Shown here piece after piece: positions 1 through 11,146 of a stretch of 64,000 nt of DNA (the stretch's first letter is position 1; each line of letters begins with the position of its first letter). The notes under the pieces were generated by a model that ran no database searches, was not told the origin of the DNA, and saw nothing but the letters and a program-made list of their open reading frames with translations. Both the position numbers and the translations under genes were made by a program. Source of the stretch: Naegleria gruberi (taxonomy: Eukaryota); the NCBI GenBank assembly GCA_000004985.1, contig GG738871.1; one strand, given 5' to 3'.

Positions 1-5
1 CAAGC

Positions 6-542
6 ATGGCCACTTTGACAATTAATAATCCTCTCTTCGGTCAATATTATTTGAGAAGAAGTGTTCAAGTTGTTGTTTCATTTGAAATTAATTCACAATT
101 CAGTTATTCTGAAACACTTTATATTGAAAATGGAGTTTCATCTGTTTCATTAATGGTGAAATCGTTGAGTCAAACTGGTACATTGAAAGCATCTGCTCAA
201 TTAATTGATAATAGTACATTAATTTCCATTTCAGATAGCATTCAATCTTCAAATAGCATTACAATTCAAAATAGACCTATTGTTGTTCCATCCACAACGA
301 CATCCACAATCAAACCAACAACCTCTGCACAAACAAGTAGAGCTGTTATCGATACAGGAAGTAATGGTGGAGCCATTGCAGCTGGTATCATTGTTCCAGT
401 GGCAGTTATTGGAATTGGAGGTGGTGTCACTGCAGCCATTGTCACAGCAGTTGTTTTGTTAAAGAAGAAGGCTGCTGCAGCTGCTGCCAAAGAAATTACA
501 CATGCTCAACACGTCAATGTTGAACTAGCTGAAGGTTTCTAA
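6..542 (+). CDS. 3' terminal part (partial, runs off window edge) of a paralogous NHL/EGF-repeat type-I membrane protein: Ser/Thr-rich stalk, TM helix, short KKKAAAAAAKE cytoplasmic tail
   Basis: ORF 6..542 has no start within the window. Nt 1..542 are ~97% identical to 17175..17716, the C-terminus of the 12914..17716 gene, with only a few amino-acid differences. Confidence 0.6.
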   Translation: MATLTINNPLFGQYYLRRSVQVVVSFEINSQFSYSETLYIENGVSSVSLMVKSLSQTGTLKASAQLIDNSTLISISDSIQSSNSITIQNRPIVVPSTTTSTIKPTTSAQTSRAVIDTGSNGGAIAAGIIVPVAVIGIGGGVTAAIVTAVVLLKKKAAAAAAKEITHAQHVNVELAEGF

Positions 543-1198
543 TCTTGTTGATAAAAATTCATTACTGCTTTCTCCAAAATATTTTCAATGAAGTCATAAA
601 GTTGATTTCCAAAACCAATAACTTACATCTTGTATTAAACCTTTATCTTGTTAGAGTTGGCAACATAATGATTTTTCATATTTATTTGGATGTTGTTTTG
701 TAAACACACTTGTCGAATCAATCCATTGATTTTTGACAAGATCAACACAGTAGTAGCCCGATTAGTCCCTCCATTTTCCATTATAAAAAAAATGCAACAA
801 CAACAACCTCGCTCAATGATGACATTCATCTTCCATTTCATAATGACAATATGTGTCGTCGTCGTATCATTGATGTTGAATCAAAGTGGTGGTGTAAACG
901 GAGCAGTGTATCAAGTGAGTGATGCGGTTACTTTGTGGAATACCTTTTCTAAACTACAGGCTGGTATGTACAAGACTCATGACCTATTACATATTATTTA
1001 ACATGGAATGTGCTTGATGATCGGTTATTATTATGGTTGGTGTTGTTTCACATATTGTGTGTGTGGCGCTTGTAATCTTTGTTACTTACATGATTTGCAT
1101 GCTTTTCATAATATCCATGATTGTGTATTTTAAATTTGACTGTGCTCCATATGTTTGGCCAACTTGACAATACTTTTGTGTGAAATTGTGTGTGTGAA

Positions 1199-2560
1199 AT
1201 GGATGGGTTGTTTGGTGTTTTGATGCTTTTGGTGTTGGTTTTTTTTGCAGGTGATGAAATGGTTATTAGACAAGGAACTTATTCTACATCAACTGGTGGA
1301 TCCTATTATAGACAATTTACATTGAAAGGAACTGAAAGTCAACCAATTAGAGTTTATGCTTTGAAAAACGAAACTGTGGAAATTAAGGGAGATGCAGCTG
1401 GTAGTCAAAATATTCTCAATTTTGATGTTGAATATTTTGTGATGGATAATATTGGGTTCTCACAAGGTAGTCGTGGATTGAGATTTTTAAATTCGAAACA
1501 TTCAGTTTATTCTAATTTGAGAGTTAAAAACACAGGAGATGTTGGTATTGCCATGAATGACGGAAATGCTATTTATCAAAACAATACTTTAAGATATAAT
1601 GAAGTTTCGTATACTGGAGGAACTGGTGAATGTTTCTATTTGGGTTGTAACAATGCTGATTGCAAATTCATTTTCAATTTATTGGAAAATAACTATTGCC
1701 ACCACACATCTACCACCTCCCAAGGAGATGGTATTGAAATCAAAGCTGGAAGTTATGGAAATCTTGTCAGAAACAATGTCATTCATGATGGAAAGTATCC
1801 AGGCATTACCTTGTACAGCACTTATGTGTCTGGTGGTGATGCAGCTGTTGGTATTGCTAATCCAAATATTATTGAAGGAAATATCATTTGGACAGTCGTT
1901 GATAATGGTATACAAGTGACAGGTAATGCAATTATTAGAAATAACATTATTTATAATGCAGGTGCTAGTGGAATTGCCATTCAAGTCAATCAAGGAACTG
2001 TCGAAAATGTCAAAGTATTGCACAATACAGTTGTCAAAGCAGGTGCTGCTTGTATTAGAGTGACAAATTCAGGACCAGGAATTGTCATTGCTAATAATGC
2101 TGCCTATTGTGAAGCTACCAATTCAATTTATATTGCTGCTGCATTGCCTGCTGATGGTGTCATTTCAAGAAATGTCATTCAGGGATCGACTAATGTTCAA
2201 GTTGCGAATGGAACTCTCAATATTGGTAAATTCACAACTGATTTCCAAAGTACTAGCGCCTTGCCATATAATGTTTTCCCAGTTACTTCCAGTAATGTGC
2301 TTGGAAAGGCAGATTCAAAGTATGCAACCACTTATGATTTCAATTTTAATACTAGAAATGGACCAACTTATGACTGTGGTGCTTATCAAGCTAATGGAGC
2401 TACTTCAAATCCTGGTTGGATTCCAAAAGCTGGATTCAAGACAACCACAGCTCCTACACCTAATACATCTACTAAGACTAATGGTGCTGCTGTTGGAAGC
2501 TTTGTGTCAACTCTTGCACTTGTTTTCGTTGCACTTGTGGTAATGTTTACTTTGAATTAA
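1199..2560 (+). CDS. Secreted right-handed parallel beta-helix (pectin-lyase-fold-like) protein with C-terminal Ser/Thr-rich region and hydrophobic GPI-anchor-like tail
   Basis: ORF 1190..2560. ATG at 1199 gives signal-peptide-like MDGLFGVLMLLVLVFFA. Repeated beta-helix-like segments (NNVIHDG, GNIIWTVVDNGIQVTGNAIIRNNIIYNAGASGIAIQV) and C-terminal hydrophobic end VSTLALVFVALVVMFTLN. Alternative model: an upstream exon 791..960 encodes a signal peptide (MQQQQPRSMMTFIFHFIMTICVVVVSLML) spliced GTATGT...TGCAG to 1251 in phase. Confidence 0.55.
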   Translation: MDGLFGVLMLLVLVFFAGDEMVIRQGTYSTSTGGSYYRQFTLKGTESQPIRVYALKNETVEIKGDAAGSQNILNFDVEYFVMDNIGFSQGSRGLRFLNSKHSVYSNLRVKNTGDVGIAMNDGNAIYQNNTLRYNEVSYTGGTGECFYLGCNNADCKFIFNLLENNYCHHTSTTSQGDGIEIKAGSYGNLVRNNVIHDGKYPGITLYSTYVSGGDAAVGIANPNIIEGNIIWTVVDNGIQVTGNAIIRNNIIYNAGASGIAIQVNQGTVENVKVLHNTVVKAGAACIRVTNSGPGIVIANNAAYCEATNSIYIAAALPADGVISRNVIQGSTNVQVANGTLNIGKFTTDFQSTSALPYNVFPVTSSNVLGKADSKYATTYDFNFNTRNGPTYDCGAYQANGATSNPGWIPKAGFKTTTAPTPNTSTKTNGAAVGSFVSTLALVFVALVVMFTLN

Positions 2561-2798
2561 TTGAATAAAAATGTTTAAACAAATCTGTTTCTGTTCTTTT
2601 TATCTTTTATTTCTTTTTACATTAAATTTTCAACACCACACCGATTTAAACACTGTTGAAAGGCCAAAGTCCTTCTCTGATATTATCCAGTACCATTGTT
2701 ATTTTAATGGTTGAGGGCATTACAACAATAACATATATATAAGAACTTGTGGTTCATTATGTAATTCGGAATTTAAATAGTTTACTGTATTTACAAAT

Positions 2799-4712
2799 CT
2801 AATGTTGCAGGTAATCATGATGAACACGACCAGCAGGCATGATCATGTCAACCTTAAAGTTAAAGGCACCAACAACTTGCTTGACAGGGAGATCACTAAT
2901 TGGAGCGTTAACGTGAGGAATGAGTGCAAGCTTAGCATCTCCCTTATAGGCACTAGTTACATTTAGGTTGGCATGTTCCATTCTAACCAATTGAACAATA
3001 GCTGGATCACCACGAACGTCAGGAATATGCTTTAAGAATAATTGAGGAGTGGACAAGTAGGAAACGACATCTTCGAAAGCCATTCTTTCATACTTGTAGG
3101 ACATTGTACCAGTTGCAACTCTGCAACCATTGCAATCCAATGTACCCTTCAAAGTATCTTGAGTTGGAGCGAATGTAATACCATCACAGAACTTTTGAGG
3201 TAAACCAAGACATTCTCTACCATATGTAATTGGAGATGAAGAATCCAAGAAACTCATAGTGTTAAAGTGGATAGAGTTACCTTCGTTATCAGTACATGGA
3301 ACAATCAAGTCAACCTTGTAATAACTACCAATACCAGTACCATGAGTATTGACGAATTGAAGAATTACAATATTGTCTTCATTTGGAGTGAGTTGATCTG
3401 GAATCTTTTCCAACAAAGATTCTCTATCTGTTACATATTTGATAACCATGTATTCTCTGTCTTGGAGCTTTGAAGCAGATGGCTTATAGGATGGACATGT
3501 TACTGGCATTGCCAATGACTCTTCTGTAATTTTCTTTTCGGTAAAGATTGATCTGTATTGACCTGGTTGGACAAACATTTGGTGGAATTTTTGAGAAACA
3601 GCCTTATTTTCTTCAGTTGGTTCGAGATAATCATGCAAAACATTACCGTATGGCAACAAGATATCAGCCATCATGTGTTTACCTTGAATAACCTTCTTGA
3701 CAGGCAAATCAGCAACTGGTGCATTAACATTTTCAACCAAGTGCAATCTAGCTGGACCTTCAAAGGCAAAATGCAACTTTTTAACTTGCAAGTTATATGA
3801 AACAATTTGGGCAATCTTTGGCTTGAAATCAACATCAGGAATAATCTTCAAATTAATATTGGTCTTTCCCATTGATTTCAAAACAGTATCATGATCAAGT
3901 TCAGTGTGTTTGTAAGCCATTGTACCTTGAGCAACAGTTTCTCCCTTATATTTCATAACACCAACAACTGTATCTTGAATACATTTCATGGATGGGTGAG
4001 CATGTTTTTTCTAATTATATGACACAATTAATATTTCCATTTTGCTTCCGAGATTTAAAACTTACAGGAAAACCCCAAATTTCACGACCTTAATATTTAC
4101 AAGTTATTGACACAAATTAGATAATTGTTGAAATACTACTTACCAGCAGCAATTGGTGGTTCAATATCCAAATACATTTGGAGAGTAAGATTAACTGATT
4201 CTCCATTATAAGTGCAAGGAATGACAATACCTGATTCGGAATACTAACAATTAATTCATCATATATATTAAATTCTCAAAATCATTAATATCACTTACAG
4301 ATCCGAAACCAGAAGAGTCTGGCATGTTAATCCTTTAAAGAAGTTAATATCATTTCTGTAATTAAAAACACATACCATTCATACAATACATGACTATTTT
4401 CATTAGGGACAAGTGGTTCTGGAACCAAAGCACGAAGAGCTTCGGCATCAGTTTCATACGTAACAATAAAGTATTCTCTGTTCTTGAAAAAGTATGGTCC
4501 TAATATCAATATTATTGTAACCGATGAAAATATATGAAATAACAATGATGAATGATAACAAAGATGACAAACTTACCTCTCGGATAAGAAGGAGACATAA
4601 TAGGAGTAGAAGGTAATCCCAAAATCATATCCTTGGTAAATTTACCCTTCTCTTTACCTGGTTTAATAATTGATTTGAATGCTCTAGCAAAAACTGAAGG
4701 TGAAACTCTCAT
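2799..4712 (-). CDS. Protein with two tandem acetoacetate decarboxylase (ADC)-like domains, 5 exons, ~522 aa
   Basis: Exons (minus strand) approx 4712..4577, 4499..4376, 4332..4299, 4243..4144, 3973..2799; phases consistent and total length is a multiple of 3. Introns of 77, 43, 55 and 170 nt with GTAAGT/GTATGT donors. Domain 1 starts MSPSYPRG...[23 protein letters not shown]. Domain 2 starts [13 protein letters not shown]...[24 protein letters not shown]. Both match the ADC-family N-terminal signature from memory; no search was run. Confidence 0.5.
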
Positions 4713-4907
4713 TGTGTTTACTTGTTCGTTTTTTTTTTCAGTGTGTTGGAAATTAAGAAAACTAGTCCTCACTTAGTTTTTGATCTCGGAGGTTGCAGCC
4801 TGGTGGTGAGGTGGTTAAATGATTCGTTGTTATTATTGCAAGAGTTGGATATTATGCACTGCAGTAGAATTTGCCTGATAAGGAACAGTGGAAACATTTG
4901 AAAAAAA

Positions 4908-4941
4908 GCGAGAATTTTTCGCGTTTTTTTGTGATTCTCGC
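4908..4941. other. Perfect 8-bp inverted repeat (GCGAGAAT...ATTCTCGC) with 18-nt T-rich loop, in intergenic region
   Basis: gcgagaatttttcgcgtttttttgtgattctcgc lies between the 3' end of the Ubl-F-box gene and the 5' end of the ADC-like gene. Function unknown. Confidence 0.3.
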
Positions 4942-5176
4942 CATTTACAGTAGAACTTACTAAGAGGGTGTTGAATAATTCAATGTTCGTTGTAATTGTT
5001 ATGGTGATTGACCTCCATTAATTCAATATCATCTTTCAGATAGACTCTCACATTTTATTTTACGTATCCACTCTGGTTGGCTTAAAGAAGAATCTAACCA
5101 TCTATTATAAAATTCATTAATGTCAAATTTTAAAAACACATTAAGCTAACTTAAAATAACACAATTTAAAACGAAT

Positions 5177-5213
5177 GGGGACCAGTGGGAATCATACCAC
5201 TAGACCATGGTCC
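5177..5213 (-). other. tRNA-derived mini-helix: acceptor stem + D-arm of a tRNA-Pro-like gene joined directly to the 3' acceptor strand (anticodon and T arms absent)
   Basis: Minus strand reads GGGACCA-T-G-GTCT-AGTGGTA-TGAT-T-CCCAC-TGGTCCC. The first 26 nt parallel the tRNA-Pro 5' half (GGCTCGT-T-G-GTCT-AGGGGTA-TGAT-T-CTCGC). The terminal TGGTCCC is the exact complement of the 5' GGGACCA. Confidence 0.25.
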
Positions 5214-5517
5214 CTTACATCAATAATGTGACTGTAAGACATGTAATCTGTTTCCATTTTTGTTTGAAACAAACAAGGGTGTTGTGGGGTTAATTAATTT
5301 TTTGGCTGGCAAGTTGATGTACAATCATGTTGACATTTTGTTATGAAATTGAAAAGCTTAAATAAAATTTGTTGTTTGTTGCAGATGGGATTCATTGAAG
5401 AATGGATTTTTTGCTGTTTTTTTAACTTATTGGAAGAGGTTGAACATTTAATGATACAATGATTGAGTTTATTATTCACATTTGTTTTAATATAAATAGA
5501 GATACAATGATATATAA

Positions 5518-7612
5518 TTAGTGTTCATATAAAGTGGCGAGATTAGAAATAACTTGTTGCTTAACTTGTTCACTTTCAACTGCGAGGACAATCTTTCTAA
5601 AGACCTTCTTTTTCTTCTTCTTTTGATTGTTGAGGGATTTCAAATTTTCTTCAACTGAAACTTCTTCATCTTCTGTTGGAGCTGATGAAGCAGCTTGTTG
5701 ACGAGTCTTTTCAGTTTCGGCCAAATACTTGGTGAGAGCTTTACCAAAAGCAACACCCAATTTAGAGGAGGAAACTTCATCGTCCTTCTTTAACTTTTTA
5801 AAGAATAATTCTTCACACAATGGAAGACCTAGACTACCAACAGTATCTTGTTTCAAAGCTTGAATCAATGCAGAAACATAGGTTTCAACCAATGAATCCA
5901 AACTAGCATCAATACCTTCTTCTTCCTTATAGGCAACAGCAGTAGCATTGAAGAGATATCTATCAAATTCAGGATCAGCCTTTTCTTCTTCAGTCAATTC
6001 AACTGTAGAGACAGAGTGTTGAAGAGCTCCCTTTCCTTGATTGGCTTGTTGGAGTTTCTTTTCAGTGGACTTTTCAGGTTCCTTGACTTCAATACGTGGT
6101 CTTTCAGCAGATTGCAATCCTTCAAATTTACGAAGAGTAATCAATACATCGAGAATGGCATCAACAAAGAGGCCCTTAACACCTTGTGGATTAACAACAA
6201 TGTTAACCAACTTCTTTTCTTCAATGTGCTTAGTGGAACATAATCCTAAATATTGGAAGAATTCCTTAGCAATTTCCAAGTTTGCCTTTGGATTGGCTCC
6301 ATCAGAAAGAATGTGAGCAATCTTGAACTTGTCACCAACAACTTCCAATTCACCAACATAGAGCAATTTCTTGCCCTCTTTTTGAACAATAAAGTATTGA
6401 CCTCTATCATTATAGAATCCATAAACTGAATCAGTATCAAAAGAGAAGCTATGTTTCATCAATTCTTCATAGGATAACATGAGTAAATTTTCTGGAACTA
6501 CTTGCCAAGCACCTTGTTCCATTTCTTCCTTTCTCTTTTGTAACTTTTTAAATCTGGAATATCTTTCCAAATCAGCTTCTCTTTCTTCCTTTGTCTTTTT
6601 ACCTCTTGAACGAACATCAAGTTTAAGCTTTTTCAAATCATTAGCTTTGAGGAATTGTTCATCATCTTCAGTCAATTCTTTTGGCTTTCTTCTAACCTTA
6701 ATTTGTCTAACATTAGACAATTTTGAAACCAATTCCTTCTCCGATTCCAAACTAGCAACTTGCTTATTTTGATTTGGAGTCAATTGTTTAATATGTTCCC
6801 AAACCTTCTCAATCACAATGGTTTGTTTGTACAATTTTCTACAATCAATACCACGAGATTTGAACAAGACTTTTTCAGAGGCTGTTGTTGGTTGATCTTC
6901 TTCATTATTGGCGCCAGAATTTGATGCCTGTTGATTGAGTGCGTAGGTAGCTGAATTGGCTCCGTGTGTAGAGGCATCGTGACGAGCGTACAATTGATTC
7001 AACAAGGCTTCCCATACCACTTCGTGATGGACAATGGTAGAGATACGGAATCGACGACATGTAAGTTCAATGCTCAGGGCAATGTCACGTGCTGAGAGGA
7101 AGGAGAAGATGTTGGCGAGAACGTGATCATTGGATCCACTTTCTGTGATTGGACTTTAAAAGTTGGATCGAATTGAATAATCAATATAATTATTTTGTTG
7201 TTTATATATTATTATTATTATTATCATCATCATCATTAAACAATTAATAATAATAACAAATAAAAATTATATTATTAATATTAATTAGTTAATTAGTTAA
7301 TGATTATTATAAAACTCACGTAAAAACACCCAAATCTTTAGGTTTCGAAACTTTAAACTTTTCTTCACCTGCATCTCTTTCAATGACCATAGTAATGGTT
7401 TGATTATTCTTTACTGATAAATCCCACAAGGAAATCTCATTGGATGTTAATTCTACATTGTTAAAATAACAAATCACTTTATCTGTTGGTGTCAAGTTGG
7501 TATGTTGATGGACAAGACGTTTAATGTCAGCGATTGAGGTTGAGTTTTCAACATCATCAAATTTTAGTGAATCTGCAATGTTGGCACCTAAGAGTCTGAT
7601 GAAGAGTCTCAT
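5518..7612 (-). CDS. Ubiquitin-like domain + F-box protein, 2 exons, ~642 aa, long charged/coiled-coil C-terminal region
   Basis: Exon 1 is 7612..7320 and encodes the Ubl-like fold MRLFIRLL...TITMVIERD. The 166-nt AT-rich intron runs 7319..7154, with GTGAGT donor and TTTTAAAG acceptor. Exon 2 is 7153..5518 and begins in phase with an F-box-like motif DHVLANIFSFLSARDIALSIELTCRRFRISTIVHHEVVWEALL. There is no in-frame ATG upstream of the F-box within exon 2; a stop lies immediately upstream, which supports the spliced model. Confidence 0.55.
7190..7312. repeat. AT-rich microsatellite-like tract (ATT/ATC/TAA repeats) inside the intron of the Ubl-F-box gene
   Basis: ttattattattatcatcatcatcattaaacaattaataataataacaaataaaaattatattattaatattaattagttaattagttaatgattattat. 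Confidence 0.6.
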
Positions 7613-7935
7613 TTTGTGTGGAGTATATTGCAGGTTGTTGTTGTGGATTTTTTTTTTGTGTAAAGTCGTTACAGTTTGTCGAGTTGAAAGATGACAGCGA
7701 AATGATGGTTGTCAAAAGAGGAATTTTTTGATTACAGAAGAACTTTTTGATGCTTGAAGAACCTGAATGGCAACACCTCATTTGACTCTCAATTTTTATG
7801 TATTTAATATTAATAGGTGATTATTCTAAATGTTTATTCGAAAGTGGGTGTGAAAACTATGAGAGAAAGGTCAATAACAATTTCTGATTCCAACAATCAA
7901 GTTTCACATATATTCCAAGTTCTTTCGATTACTTT

Positions 7936-7944
7936 ATTCGAAAC
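7936..7944. promoter_or_regulatory. ATTCGAAAC motif ~85 bp upstream of the 8023 ATG
   Basis: actttattcgaaaccaatc at 7931..7949. Confidence 0.2.
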
Positions 7945-8022
7945 CAATCAACAAACAAGCTCAACTGGAAGATTTTGAAATTCAACTTTCCGCTGCTTTC
8001 ACCCATCACCACTCAACAAAAA

Positions 8023-9446
8023 ATGACTCGATTCAAAAGATTTTCAATCTTTGGCTCAGGATCAAAGAGAAACACAACCCGAGGTTCGTATATCACTAAT
8101 TTCCATTCGCTCATGACGAATTAATTGCTTCATCTCTATTCATCATCATTAATTTCTCAACAATATTTCATTCCGATGATGATAATATATTTTTTATGAT
8201 GAAATAATATTTTGCTGATTCTGATTTTTTTAATGATGATGAATAATATTAATAATAATAATTAATTACAGATTTGTTGTCGGATGAAGAAAGATGGGCA
8301 CAAGAAGAGGAAGAAAAGAAGAAACTCCTTCAAGTATCATTAATACAAAACGAAGAGATGAAGAAGGATGTTGAAACATTGTTGGACAACAAGATGAGAA
8401 ATTGGGTGAATGCAACTGAAAAGAATAGATTGTATCAATCGATAGTGGTCGATAGTTTGAGTGAGGAAGAAAAGAATCATGTCAATTATTGTCGATCCAA
8501 GTATTTGAAATTGAAAAATCAGATACAAATTGGAAATGAAACAATTACAATACTGACACAGAATAGGACTGTGAGTGAGAGATTTTTCTACATGTTTTTC
8601 AATCCAAGTATTTTAGAGATACCTGTAGATTGGAAGGTTGGATTAAAACCATTCATGAAGATTAGATTATTGTTCACACCAGTTCAGGTTGGAGAGGTGA
8701 CTAATTTTCATGCCTTGCTGTTGGTTGGATGTTGGTGTTTGGAGTGGGATAAATCATCTTCTCTGGTGATTGTTAAACAGTTGGATATTACTAGAGTGTA
8801 TTTTGCTATTGATTTGGAGAGATTGACAAGTGAACAAGCTATTCATGAGTGCTTTAATAAGATTTCACAAGAGTGTTGTTTGTGGAATGGATCTAAGGAG
8901 TTCAATGCTAAATCTTGTAATAATCAACATTGTAAGTATATTGTGATGAACTTGTTTTAAAATGAATGAATATCTAATATGAATATATTCATAGTCATTC
9001 TTGCCTTGTTGGATAAATTGAAAATTTCACACAACTTGAAAGGATTATCAAAGATTTATTTTGACACATTGCTGGAAAATGGATCAAGTGCAATGACATT
9101 GAAATTATCGGATGAACTGAAAGAACTACTCAAGATTGATTCAATTACATTTAATACACATCAAGAATTGGACCAATTTACAAAAACAATACACGATTCG
9201 AATCCGTACTATTTTTCACAATACATTTCTGATGAATTGTTGTTGAAATGCTTTGATGAACAATTTTGGTATCTGAGAGATGCCAATGCCAACAATACAA
9301 ATGCTCCACTGATGGAAAATGAAGAATGTCAATGCTACTTTAACAAGAATCAAACTAATTATAACGAGTATGTCAATAAGGGAAAGACTGTAAATAATGT
9401 CTTTTGTTCAAGAAGTTTAATTCCACCAATGCCACTCAGATTTTAA
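8023..9446 (+). CDS. Hypothetical protein, 3 exons (8023..8083, 8272..8931, 8995..9446), ~391 aa
   Basis: ATG at 8023 followed by GTTCGT donor. A 188-nt AT-rich intron ends AATTACAG. A second intron is 63 nt (GTAAGT..TTCATAG). Phases are consistent and join ORFs 8274..8960 and 8979..9446. No recognisable domain; a Cys/His-containing segment FHALLLVGCWCLEWD. Confidence 0.4.
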
Positions 9447-9574
9447 TAAATTATTATTATTAACTAAAACATTCTTTGTGATAGAGATCAATAAATATAT
9501 TGAGAAATATTCATCATAACAGACTCACAAGTTTTATTTCATTGACAAAATTGGTTTCAAAATTGTTCCTTCAC

Positions 9575-10765
9575 TTATTGCTTGTAGGTATCAACTGGCT
9601 TCTTATAGGTATCGACTGGCTTCTTGTAAGTGTCAACCTTCTTTGGTGGCTTATAAGTATCGGTCTTCTTTGGTGGCTTGTAGGTATCAACCTTAGTACA
9701 AACTCTCTTCTTCTTAGCACAGACACTCTTATCAGCGTGCTTTCTACAGACTCTCTTACCTCCAACAAAGTTGTACTTGACACAGATCTTTTGACCTGGT
9801 GACTTCTTGACACAATGCTTCTTGAATGATCTCTTAATACATCTTGGCTTCAATGTCTTGTATTGAGTACAATATGGCTTGGCAACATAGTCACAACAGA
9901 ACTTATCTTCTTTGTAAGCCTTACAAACTCTAACCTTTTCTTTGAGATCACAGAATTTGCTTGGAGTCCACTTGGTACAGAACTTGGTCTTTTGCTTGGC
10001 AACGCAATACTTTCTTTGGACAACCTTAACACATTTCTTTTCATAACCAATCTTCTTGGCAAACTTGACGTTTTCATATTTGGTACAGGTCTTCTTCTTG
10101 GCATATTCAACACAAATGGTACGATGCTTCTTTTCCAAAACTTGCTTATAGTAATGATCGATCCAACCCTTGTAATGTTTCTTACTGACTGGAACCCATT
10201 TAGCAACAGTTCTTGAGAGTTTCTTATATTTGGCACAATATTGATGAACAGAGTATTTGGCACATCTCTTCTTATGGAAATACTTAATCTTTGGAACGTA
10301 GGTTTCAGCAGCACATCTTGATGACTTGTCATACTTGGTACAAATGAAATGATAAGCATATTCATCACAAGCATTATTCTTTCCGTGGTGTTTGCACAAT
10401 TCCTTCCATTCATATTTGGCACAAATCTTGTGCTTAGTAACCTTTGAACAGAATTGCTTATAACCGTGACCCAAACAAATCTTTTCAGCTTTGCTGTACT
10501 TGTCACACTTGTGAGTCTTCTTATATTCCAAACATTTACCCTTTCCAACAGTCTTCCAATCGCAGCACTCTTTCTTGGTACCAACCCATTCATAATCAAC
10601 ACATTTACCTTGGATAGTCTTGTAGTGAGTACACTTGTTGTAGCAATACTCTTGATGATCAGAATAGGTATCAACCTTCTTGGAAGGAGCAGGAGCTGGG
10701 TTTGCAAGAACCATACTTGCTGCCAATACACTCAAAACGATTGCAATGATTATACTTGTTTTCAT
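9575..10765 (-). CDS. Secreted, extremely Lys- and Cys-rich repeat protein (396 aa) with ~30 CxKY-type units and C-terminal VDTYKKP tandem repeats
   Basis: ORF with N-terminal signal peptide MKTSIIIAIVLSVLAASMVLA. Regular spacing of Cys and KY/KF/KW residues. C-terminus reads TKVDTYKPPKKTDTYKPPKKVDTYKKPVDTYKKPVDTYKQ, encoded by visible DNA tandem repeats at 9575..9700. Confidence 0.55.
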   Translation of the reverse strand: MKTSIIIAIVLSVLAASMVLANPAPAPSKKVDTYSDHQEYCYNKCTHYKTIQGKCVDYEWVGTKKECCDWKTVGKGKCLEYKKTHKCDKYSKAEKICLGHGYKQFCSKVTKHKICAKYEWKELCKHHGKNNACDEYAYHFICTKYDKSSRCAAETYVPKIKYFHKKRCAKYSVHQYCAKYKKLSRTVAKWVPVSKKHYKGWIDHYYKQVLEKKHRTICVEYAKKKTCTKYENVKFAKKIGYEKKCVKVVQRKYCVAKQKTKFCTKWTPSKFCDLKEKVRVCKAYKEDKFCCDYVAKPYCTQYKTLKPRCIKRSFKKHCVKKSPGQKICVKYNFVGGKRVCRKHADKSVCAKKKRVCTKVDTYKPPKKTDTYKPPKKVDTYKKPVDTYKKPVDTYKQ

Positions 10766-11146
10766 TTTGTTTTTTTGATGTTTGTTCTGGATGAGTTGGT
10801 GTTTGACTTTTTATACGAAATTCAATGAAAGAATGAAGAAGCAAACAAGTGTCGACTATCAATACAAATACGTGTTTTGTGAAATTATGCTATTGATTCA
10901 TATTTGTAACTTTTCGTGAATGTTTGAGTTATTCCCTAAAATGGTTAGAAAGGTGAAGTACAATATTAAAATATTAATTTTCTAAAAATTTCTAAAATCC
11001 TCCATAATTCGTTTGAACCGTTTCCTCCAATCATTCCCATCATTAAATTACAAAATCTACTCTCAATAATCTTAATAAATAGATGAACTTTAAATTTCTA
11101 ATATGGCCATATTAATTGTCAATAAAAACGAAATAGAAATTACCTA

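Noticed and set aside
690-1001. 690..1001 ORF as an independent 103-aa gene
   Set aside because: Only the portion from ATG 791 to the GTATGT donor at 961 looks meaningful, as a signal peptide. It was treated as a possible alternative 5' exon of the downstream gene rather than a separate gene.
9850-10731. 293-aa ORF on the minus strand inside 9575..10765, plus small + strand ORFs 9500..9802 and 9863..10216
   Set aside because: These are alternative frames of the Cys/Lys-rich secreted-protein gene. Only the 396-aa frame has a signal peptide and the regular Cys spacing.
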